Assembly (NCBI RefSeq): GCF_006345805.1
Contig: NC_043000.1
Span: 106,764,001 to 106,828,000 of the forward strand
From: Octopus sinensis
Lineage: Eukaryota
Length of the DNA: 64,000 bases
Reading direction: 5' to 3'
The notes under the pieces were generated by a model, which was given only the letters and a program-made list of their open reading frames with translations, had not been told where the DNA came from and ran no database searches. Below are positions 53,115 through 64,000 of this stretch, piece after piece (position 1 is the first letter of the stretch; every line of letters begins with the position of its first letter). Both the position numbers and the translations under genes were made by a program.

Positions 53115-55325
53115 ACAGTTTTTCTTTTACTTGTACAGTCATTTGACTGTGCCCATGGCGGAGCAAGGGTTTTAATCGAAAAGATCGGTACCAATGCTTC
53201 TTTTATAATTTTGGTACTTATTCTACCGATCTCTTTTGCCGAACTGCTAAGGTTATGCAACGTAAATAAGACAAAACCGATTGTCAAGGAAGATGGCTAA
53301 GGAGGGGGACAAACACAACCCAAAGTGAGAGAGACACACTTAGACACTCGCATATCAGTGTATGTCTGTGTGTATGTATACGATGGGATTCATTGTGTTT
53401 CCGTCAACCAAATCCACTCACTTCAGTCGGTTCGAGGCTACAGACAATTGCCCAAGATGATGTGCAATAGAAATGAACATGAAATCACAGGGTTGTTTTT
53501 TGTTTTGTTTTGTTTTCATTTTTCTTTTTCCTTTTTGTGTACCAACGAGAAACCCTCTTCGGACTCACTCACCCAGCTAGAAATAGCAGAATAAATATCT
53601 TTCCAATAGAATCTTGTTCTTTTAAAGAGTACGCATTTGATTACGAAATGCCAGCTCACAATAGTGGGAAAATGGATGGCATACTCATTGCTGAAATACG
53701 TTAGAGCGTAAATATTCCCGTCCTGGCCTACTTGGGGTTAAACAACAACAACAACAACAACTATAGCAACCGCAACAATAGTGTTGTCTTCATTTTTATC
53801 GTAATCAAAATGTCCTCCGTTTCTATTAAGTACGCAATATTACATTTTCTTTGCTTAGACGTCAATGTACACTTTTCGTCGTTCTTTTTTGCTGTTTGCA
53901 TAGATTAATAAATTATACAATAGTTAATAAACTAAACTATAGTCGTGGATATATTTCCTTCCTAGTTCATATGTGCATATGTATATACCTATACAAATAT
54001 AGATACATACATATACATATATATATATATATGTGTGAGTGTGTGTGTGTGTGTATGTGTGTGTGTGTGCGTGTGTGTGTGTGTCTGTGTGTGTGTGCGT
54101 TTGTGTGTGTGTAGTTGAAATTTACATAAAAGCAAATGACAAAGACATGTGTATGAACAAGCAGGTGTATTAGATTGATGCTCGGGGAAGTGAAAACCTC
54201 TTTTACGTTTCGAATCTACGCTCTTCAACAGAAAGGAATAAGAGAAAATAAACAGAGAGAATAAAAAAAAAACTTATGGATTTAACGGTCTATGTATATA
54301 TGCATGTATGCATGAATGTATGTATACACGTATGTATGTATATATATATGTCTTTTATCTTTTACTTGTTTCAGTCATTAGACTGCGGCCATGGTGGGGC
54401 ACCACCTTGAACTTTTTTAGTCGAATGAATCAACCCTGGTACTTAATCATAAAGCCCGGTACTTATTCTATGGGTCTCTTTTGCCGAACCAAATTACGGG
54501 GACGCAAACGCCAACATCTGTTATCAAGCGCTGGTGGGGGGGACAAACACACACACACACACACACCACACACACATACGACTGTCAGTCTTCTTTTAGT
54601 TTCCGTCTAACACATCCACTCGCAAGGTTTTGGTCGGCCCAACACTGAAAGCGGAACCGTTTTGTAGGGAAGGAAGCTTCTTACCACACAGCCACTCCTC
54701 ACAGCCATCTCGAGACGAATATGAAGTTATAAATAGTAACATATAACTATAGAGTTGAATAATCCGTTTGGGTAGAAAAAAGCGAAGACTGTCCTACACG
54801 TAACACTTGATTTATTCTATCCAAATGGGTTATCATCCAACCCAATATTTATATGCTATTATTTAAAGGTTTGCATGTGCTTCCAGATCCAGTTCCAAAT
54901 AAATTAGAATTACATCACGGTCTCTCTTTTACTCTTGTTTCAGTCATTTGACTGTGGCCATGCTGGAGCACCGCCTTTAGTCGAGCAAATCCACCCCAGG
55001 ACTTATTCTTTGTAAGCCCAGTATTTATTCTATCGGTCTCTTTTGCCGAACCGCTAAGTTATGGGGACGTAAACATACTAGCATCGGTGTCAAGCGATGT
55101 TGGGGGGACAACACAGACACAGAGACATATATACACACACATACATATACATACATTTACATATATACGACGGGATTCTTTCAGTTTCCGTCTACCAAAT
55201 TCACTCACAAGGCTTTGATCAGCCCGAGGCTATAGCAGAAGACACTTGCCGAATGTGCTACGCAGTGGGACTGAACCCGGAACTGTGTGGTTGGTAAGCA
55301 AGCTACTTACCACACAGTCACTTCT
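53115..55325 (-). mobile_element. Three family A SINEs (53115-53480, 54350-54700, 54925-55325)
   Basis: Same tail, body and head order on the minus strand. Confidence 0.88.
54140..54290 (-). mobile_element. Penelope-like 3' terminal repeat fragment (second copy)
   Basis: ctgttgaagagcgtagattcgaaacgtaaaagag...; homologous to 30128-30350. Confidence 0.6.
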
Positions 55326-55599
55326 ACGCTCTCTCGAAAGTTTATAAATTACATCAGCATATGTATGTATCTATGTATGTATGTATGTATCTATGTATAT
55401 TATAAATATGTACGATCGCGCGCACACATACATATCTATTTATGTGTGTGTAGGTATATGTATACACATGCAGATACATACATAGATATAGAAGATGCTT
55501 AAAAACACACTACACCGAGAATGACGTCATTGGATTGAGTGATGTCTTCACAACTGAATGTGTTTTCACACATAAAAGTAATTTAGAGCTGTTAATATA

Positions 55600-57654
55600 T
55601 GCAAGAAGTAATGAAAGAAGAATTATCTGCTGGAATATATGGAAGAAATTTAGTGTCAATCCATGAAAAACATTTTAGAGTAATAGACGAAAAGTTTGTT
55701 GTTCCGTAATAAATGAAATTTCTTCGGTAATAAAAGACATTGTACATTGTAATAAATAGCAGGTTAGTGCCATTCATATATGAGAGACATTTCATAGTAA
55801 TAAGCGAACAGAATTTGTCCTACTGATATTTAACAACAAATTCCTAATAATAAACAAGATAAAAATAATAATGATGATGATGATGATGATGATGATGCCC
55901 ACTCAAAATGAAATAAATTTTGTCCTGTCAATACATGGAAAGCACTTCATAATCCGTCAATCTGGAGGATATGACAGAGATCTCTTGCCATTCAGAAATG
56001 AATAAGTTTCCAAATAATTAAAATGTATTGTCCACTGAAGTAAATTGAAGAATTTTGACCAACATATATATTTGAAAAAACTATATTAGTTGGCCAAATA
56101 TATGTTCCACAGACATAAATGAAAGTAATTTCTTGCTATCAATATATACACAATTTTCGCGATATTTAATAAATAATATGTTATAGTAACCTACACTATA
56201 TTCTATTTATAAATAATGAAAGAAATTTCACACTAACACCCGAGGAAAAAATTTCCACCGTAATAAATAAATAAATCAACATCTTTGTGGCAATACAGGA
56301 ATTTTTTTCACTGTACTAATTTGTCAAATTTATATATAAAAAAAAAGAGACATGCTTACTAGTCAATTAACCCACATTTTCTAACGTTAAGAAATGCAAA
56401 AAGAATCATTAATATATAGTAAAAAGATTTCATGACCAAGTTTTCTCCTTTTGCTTCCACCGTAATAAACGACGAAAATTGTCCACTGTAATCAATGAAA
56501 TGAATTTTCTTTTCGACGTCATAAAACATTAAGAACTTCAAAAGATCATGAAATAATTTCCGTTTTGTTTTCTTTTGGTAAGGTTTTAACTCGAAGCAGA
56601 TAAAGCTATGATTCATAGCATGTAAATAGTGGGTTTAAAAATCCTTTGGACAGAAAAAAATCGATGGTTTCCGGTCCCAATATTTACACACTGTTATCTT
56701 AATCTTTTTATGTTTAACTCGTTTCAGTCACTGCGGCCATGCTGAGACACCATAGCTTTATATACTTCAATTTAAAACCATTCCCTCAAAATTCTCGTTC
56801 TCTCGAAGTTCTAAACTCTTGAGATGTCAACAACATAAAATTCACGGTGGTAAGAAGTGAGTTTCAAAAATGAAGAGGGAAATTCGAAGGATTGCTTCGG
56901 TCCAATAGTAGAATGCCTCCCATGCTTATAAAAGATATGAGGTCGAGTCCTACGAGCAGCTTTCGATATTTTTATCCAAAGGTTTTTTTTTTAACCCAAT
57001 GGTTACATGTTATTTGTAGCTTTAAGGCGGCGAGCTGGCAGAATCGTTAGCACACCGGGCAATATACTGTACGGCATTTCGTTCGTCTTTACGTTCTGGA
57101 TTCAAATACCACCTGAGTTGACTTTTCCTTTCATCCCTTCAAGATCGCTAAAATAAGTGTTATTTGAACACTGAGCTTGATCTAATCGACTTACCTCTCC
57201 GCTCGAATTTTCTGGCCTTGTGCCAAAATTTTTATTTATTGTTTTATCTGATTCGAGTTTAAACCACAAAAGAAATTTCTTTTTACTTATGTATGAAGAT
57301 AGTCTACAGAAGATATTCCATGGGAAAATTGCACATGATTAAATCAATGATAAATCGAGATACAAAAAAACCCCCAAGAAACTCCCCATCAATAAGTGAA
57401 AAACTGGCCACAGTAATAAACAGAAATAATTTAGTTCCAATAACATTTTGATAGAAATTTCATATTAACAAATGAACAGAAATATGTCCTCTATAATAAG
57501 TAAGCGTGCCTGTGTGGTAAGAAATTTGCTTCGCAATCAATGATTCCAGTATCCGTCCCACTGCGAGATACCTTAGGCAAGCGTCTTCTGCTATAGTTTC
57601 GAGCCAAAAGCCTTATGAGTAGATTTGATGGACAGAAACTGAAAGATCGTCGCA

Positions 57655-57707
<53 letters not shown>

Positions 57708-57711
57708 TATA

Positions 57712-57807
<96 letters not shown>

Positions 57808-58110
57808 TTTATAATTATATATAAAATATATAATCATAATGAAAGGTACTTGGAAAAAGTACCGACATGTTAGAAATAGAAGTCAAAGAATCACCCATTT
57901 CTGGCAGGACTGAACTCAAGATCACGTAATTGGGAAAAATAGTGAATGAGGTAATTTTCTCTACTAATGCAAATGAAGGAAATTTCTAAGTAATAAGTGG
58001 TGAAATATTTTTCATTTTAACGAATAAGTGATATATGATATAAGAAAAAAAATGTTCTTCTGCTAATAAATGAAAGAAATTTTATTCTTAAATCGTATAT
58101 AACAGAATTC
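55600..58110. repeat. Decayed ~27-30 bp minisatellite interrupted by SINEs
   Basis: Recurrent degenerate unit aaattt(g)tccac(t/c)gtaataaatgaa(a)g, e.g. near 56250, 56455-56500, 57480 and 58050. Confidence 0.5.
57023..57235 (+). mobile_element. Family B SINE
   Basis: aaggcggcgagctggcagaatcgttagcacaccgggc... Confidence 0.9.
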
Positions 58111-58644
58111 AGTGTTAGGTGTTCTCATTGATCTAAAACTAATATCTATTTTCTGTTTCTGATTTATAACGCTTAAAGTACATATTACTTGATAGTCTTA
58201 TCAGCCAATAAATTCTTCACGCGCGAACACACATACACGTACACATACAGCCTAGCGCGCACACTCACACACAGACATATATATTCACAAACTTACAAAA
58301 GAACACATAGAATGAAACTCGAATAGTAAACAGAAATCTTTCTTATATGTGTGCGTTTGTTTGGTGTGTGTGTGTGTGTGTATGTGTGCATGTGTGCGCG
58401 CGTCTGTGTGCACATGTGTGAACATGTATATATATATATAATATAAATAATATATAAATATATGCATATATACATACATATATGTATATATGCATATATT
58501 TAATATATTATTTATATTTTATATATTCGACGCCACGCATCCTTTTCCAAGTAAGTTTTTCTACATATATATACATACACACACACACACACCACACACC
58601 ACACACCACACACACACCACACACACACACATATATATATATAT

Positions 58645-58685
<41 letters not shown>

Positions 58686-58778
58686 CTGCTGCTTTCAAAT
58701 AAACCATATTACTCTACCTCTGGTATTTGAGTACTCTTTTTCCACCTTCTTTCTTTCACATTTATGTGCTTACACCGT

Positions 58779-58831
<53 letters not shown>

Positions 58832-59272
58832 GAGAGATAGATAGACGGGGAGAAAGATAAAATATAGCATATATTGTGTTTCTCTGTGTGTGTTTGTGCG
58901 CACATGCGGGCATGCGCCAGGAGAGAGTAGGTGTGATAACTTAAATCAATATTGTTTTACAGATATTTATTACTTGGTGTGAATATTTATTGCAACAAGT
59001 ATTTTTCAGTCCTTATTTATATACGTTTATTATTTATAATATGACTATTAGATTACAAGCTCCTGAGGTGAATTGATTATTTTTCACAACTCTGGGCCCG
59101 TCTTCCTCAATAGATAAATATAATATTTACTAAAATAACATAATTATAGTAAATATTATATCCAATACAGTTCCGCTTTTGTACGAACATTTCGCGAACA
59201 TTCTGTCCTATTTCGAATTTATAAAACTCAAAGTAGCCTGAAGTGAGACAGAGAGAGATAGAGATACAGAAA

Positions 59273-59324
<52 letters not shown>

Positions 59325-59654
59325 AGATTAAGAGAAATAAAGATGAGATGAAGAGAAATAAACATTCAAAGTAAGAAAATTCGGCTTGTTGTATGGAAAC
59401 AATATACCAACTATTTCTCAAAGGTGTTCTTATCAGTTCACAATTCTGTAGTGTTTATTTTAACATTAGCTTTTCGGTAATATGACCATCAGATCTGTTA
59501 GTATTTATTATAAACTATGCAATAAATATATAATGTAACGGTTACTTGGAATTGCAAGCCGAAAACAGAAGCCATAGTAATAAAAATAACTAAATATGAT
59601 GATCTTTCATTTATTCACAAAACCATCAGTTTTGAAAGTCACTGTCATCAACCT

Positions 59655-59820
59655 TAATACTTTGAAGGTACTTTTTGTATTTCATCGGCCAAGGAAGGTT
59701 GAAAGGCAAAAGTGGCCTCAGCCAGATTTGAACTCGGAATATAAAGAGTCACAACAAATGTGGTGATCTATTTTCTCCCGACGTACTCCCGATTCTACCA
59801 GTTCATCACCTTAAAAAATA
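59655..59820 (-). mobile_element. Family B SINE, degenerate
   Basis: gaaaggcaaaagtggcctcagccagatttgaactc...gattctaccagttc. Confidence 0.7.
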
Positions 59821-60275
59821 TAATAATCATGAAGACGTGTGCGGGTATGTACATATATGGGCGTGTGTGTGTGTGCGTACATAAGGGTATGTCCGTATAT
59901 GAACGTGGTTTACTCTTTGTATACTTCCTTATGCCTTTTTTCTGTATTGTTACCCTTAACCCTGTTTTTTCTTGTGCTTGTGCGTATGTAGACGTATGTA
60001 TGAACTTTTATGGTGCGCGCGTGTGTATGAGTTTGTATATATATGCATATACATTTGGCGAAAAATGCGATTGAAGATGTGTACGTTTTCATAGAGATGT
60101 ACGCATACATGTTTACTATGAACTTTTAACCTTCTCTTAATTAGCGGTCTTTCGAATTAGCGCTTTTGTATAATTAGCGGTCTATAACACAGTAATTTCC
60201 CTTTGTATAACGGTCTTTTTTCATAGCGTTTTTCAGATGGCCAGATAACCGAAGAGATGTCACATATTATTTTAC

Positions 60276-60309
<34 letters not shown>

Positions 60310-60483
60310 TATGAGAAATATATTATATGCTTTTTTCTGTTTTTATGTCAAGTTATATATTGAAAAACAACTTAATATTAAACTGATAGACTTGTCATTG
60401 CTTTTTAGGATTGTACATGTTTTTCTTAAAGTTTTACAAGTCTGAAACTGACTTCTAAGGTTTGGCTTCTTCACATTCATATG

Positions 60484-60522
<39 letters not shown>

Positions 60523-60567
60523 TGAAAGAGAGCGGGTGAGAGACGGAGGTGGTAGATAGATAGATAC

Positions 60568-60635
<68 letters not shown>

Positions 60636-61105
60636 TCAGACAGTCAGACAGTTAGACAGACAGACAGAGATGAATGTAAGTGTTCGTGTAAACAATGAGC
60701 TTTCGTGATGTTTGTGCGAAAACACTTGTTGAAGTAAATGACAAGTACTAACAACAAGAGAAGACGTTGATTTCAATAATCGATAAAGTATTTATGCTTG
60801 CAAAGAATAAAGAAAAGAAAATAGCGCCTTACCTATCTAGAAATGTAATGTGTTTTACTCTTCAATTATATTTTAAAATTTTGATCATAAAATACATAAC
60901 ATATATGGAAATTGCGTTACAAATAGTTCACCAACAAATCTCTGAAGTTTTCTCTAAGCTGTTATAAACATACACTTACGCGTCCTCATATACACATGCA
61001 CGCACATACACTCACTCACAGAAACTGATGTGGATGTATAAATTCAAATATGCTTGCGTATTGGTATATATACATATAGTGAAGTAGGAATGCATATGTG
61101 TGTTT

Positions 61106-61142
<37 letters not shown>

Positions 61143-61209
61143 CATACAAAGAGAAAGAGGAAGAAGAAAGAGGGATGGATATATACATACACACACACAC
61201 ATATATAAT

Positions 61210-61245
<36 letters not shown>

Positions 61246-61431
61246 TATATATATCACACAGATATTCATATATAAATGTATATATGTGTTTAACATATAT
61301 ATTATATATATATATATATTAAGCACACAGATATTCATATATAAATGTATATATGTGTTTACATATATATATATATATATTATATATATATATATAATAT
61401 ATTATATGTATATATATATATGTGTGTTTAC

Positions 61432-61464
<33 letters not shown>

Positions 61465-62244
61465 AATATATATATATGTATATATATATATGTGTGTGTG
61501 TGTTTATATATATATATTTATATATACATATATATATGCATAATGTATCTATATAGTGTATATATATACTTATATATGTGTTTACATATGTATTTATATA
61601 CATACATATATGTATATATATGTATGTGTATATATATATATACATGTGTGTATCTGTGTGCCTGTTTGTGTGTGTATGTGTATGTATGTATGTATGTATG
61701 TATACATGTATGCAAGTGATTAAATGTGTGCATATGTATATTTACATGTATATATTTGCATATATATATATACATATGTATAAAGAGATGAAATAAATGT
61801 GTTTATGAATGTTTGTGTGGGTGTGCGTGTGCATGTAGAAATACATAAACATATACATTATCTATTTATGCACCACACTCACACATACACACACATACAC
61901 ACACACACACAGACACACAGAATCACATACCGACAGACTCTCACGCAGTCCACACTACCTACACTGATTTTCACCTGGAGATATTTGTTCGAACATTGTA
62001 TCATTCTCTTTCCTTTGGCCTACTTATAATTTTTCAAAAAACAAAAACAAAAACGCTCAGTTTGTTTTTATCATTGAATATTTCCAAGGAAAAAACAAGA
62101 GTAACAACAACAACAACAGCAACAACAGTTAAATTATGTATTTTAGTGTTTTCAATAATCTTTGCTGCTTCAATATCGTTATTGTTGTTGTCGTTGTTTC
62201 GTGTTGCATTAATTTTCAGTTCTATATTTAAGAGATGAAGAGTT

Positions 62245-62396
62245 ATGTACATTATTTACATTATTTACATTTGACAGATATTTGTCCTCATCTTGTTTGT
62301 TGTTAACACAACGTTTCGGCTTATATACTCTCCAGCCTTCATCAGGTGTCTTGGGGAATGAAAATCCAATTCTCATTCCTAAAGTATTTTTCGATG

Positions 62397-62482
<86 letters not shown>

Positions 62483-62601
62483 ATTATTATTCAGGTCACT
62501 GCCTGGAATCGAACTCGTAGTGGTTAAGAGCGCTGGCTATTAACCCCAAGATTCCGAGTTCGATTCCAGGCAGTGACCTGAATAATAACAACAACAACAA
62601 C

Positions 62602-62641
<40 letters not shown>

Positions 62642-62716
62642 CCGAAACGTTGTGTTATCAACAAACAAGATGAGGGCAAATATCTGTCAAATGTAAATAA
62701 TGTAAATAATGTGCAT
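62245..62716. mobile_element. Head-to-head palindromic dimer of a tRNA-headed SINE with Penelope-like tail
   Basis: Outer inverted repeats ~62245-62319/62642-62716, inverted (TTA/TTG)n and (AAT/AAC)n arrays, inner 28-bp inverted repeat attcaggtcactgcctggaatcgaactc; A box and B box in the centre. Confidence 0.85.
62305..62350 (-). ncRNA. Minimal type I hammerhead ribozyme in the Penelope-like tail of a tRNA-derived SINE
   Basis: gacac-CTGATGA-a-ggct-(ggagagtatata)-agcc-GAAA-CG-TT-gtgtt. Core intact, stems I and II pair, palindromic loopless stem III (ACGT), GUU cleavage triplet. Confidence 0.65.
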
Positions 62717-62764
62717 TAATTTTATTAGAATAATGAACATTAACACAATTTCATCGTCATTGTT

Positions 62765-63700
62765 AAGGCGTTGAACTAGCAGAACTGTTAGAGCGTCGAA
62801 CAAAGTGCCTCGCAGTATTTGTTGCAACTCGTTGCATTCTGAGTTCAATTTCCGTTATGGTCGAGCTTTACCTTTCCCCCCTTTTGGGTTCGATGTAATA
62901 GGTACCAGTTGAACACTGCGGTCGATGTAATCGCCTAGTCCATTCCCCTAAAAATTTCAGGCCTTGTACCTATCTATAAAAGAAAGGATTATTTGAGTGA
63001 TGAGCCAGCAGCATCATCACTGCATCAGACAAAATATTTAGCAGCATTACTCCAGGTTCTTTACGTCCTGGGTTCGAATGTCGCCGAGGTCGACTTTGAC
63101 TTTCGTTCATTCGATGTCGGTAAAATAAATACCAGTCAAGTACTGAGGTCGACGATATTGACTAACTCCTCTCCTCTTAAAATTGCTGGTTTCGTGCCAA
63201 AATCAGAAAGTTGCTATTATTATATTTAATTCTTTATTGCCCACAAGGGACTAAACATAGAGGGACAAGTAAGGACAGACAAATGTATTAAGTTGATTAC
63301 ATCGACCCCAGTGCGTAACTGGTACTTATTTAATCGACCCCGAAAGGATGAAAGGCAAAGTTAACCTCGGCGGAATTTGAACTCAGAACGTAGCGACAGA
63401 CGAAACACCTATTTCTATTTCTTTAACACACACAAGGGGCTAAACACAGAGAGGACAAACAAGGACAGACAAACGGATTAAGTCGATTACATCGACCCCT
63501 GTGTGTAACTGGTACTTAATTTATCGACCCCGAAAGGATGAAAGGCAAAGTCGATCTCGGCGGAATTTGAGCTCAAAACGTAACGGCAGACGAAATACGG
63601 CTACGCATTTCGCCCGACGTGCTAACGATTCTGCCAGCTCGCCGCCTTACTAATATTATTATATTGCCACTTTGACTTTCATCCTTTCGGGATCGATAAA
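62765..63700. mobile_element. Family B SINE cluster: two + copies, then a minus-strand head-plus-duplicated-body dimer
   Basis: + copies at ~62765 and ~62998; ~63230-63410 and ~63420-63590 are direct repeats of the body on the minus strand; head at ~63600-63650. Confidence 0.9.
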
Positions 63701-64000
63701 ATATAATGACAAATCCGATTCTGAGTTGGATTCGTCTCTTTGTCTAACTATCTTTCCATCTGTTTTTTTCTTTCGTTCTGGGAGAAATAGACTGTGACGA
63801 GGAATGATCTAAAATGATCAAGACACTACTTATATCACGAACGGTATTCCTATGACACCATCAAAGTGCTAAGATCCTATGCCAAAGATTGACAGAACTA
63901 ATTTTCATTTTATAAATAGATATCGCAATTAACATTCGTATGCTAATAAGAAACGACACTACACTAGAAATGCAGGCTTCCGACAAAAGATCAAATAACA

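Noticed and set aside
59107-59240. Exon-like GYFEFYKFEIGQNVREMFVQKRN on -
   Set aside because: Same microsatellite-derived pyrimidine tract; no clear donor or homology.

Overview
AT-rich eukaryotic genomic DNA saturated with microsatellites and retroposon debris. The SINE, Dong/R4, Penelope and RTE complement suggests an octopus (coleoid cephalopod); this is inference. Almost every long ORF in the supplied track is a microsatellite artefact. The one well-supported host coding feature is a 237-nt minus-strand exon (24200-24436) encoding a signal peptide, a PRXamide neuropeptide (LYYANAKPKGNFPRL-amide, or KPKGNFPRL-amide) and a G-KR processing site. Candidate partner exons are a terminal exon at 11037-11116 and a non-coding first exon near 29908-29990. 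Other notable items: a full-length U6 snRNA copy fused to a retroposon 3' tail; two near-intact Penelope-type hammerhead ribozymes and two variant-core relics; several Dong/R4 3' fragments in (TAA)n arrays; maT, hAT, RTE, CR1 and Penelope remnants; several MITEs; unexplained hairpins; and a decayed ~27-30 bp minisatellite. SINE family labels A-D are my own working labels. Repeat boundaries are approximate, read by eye.
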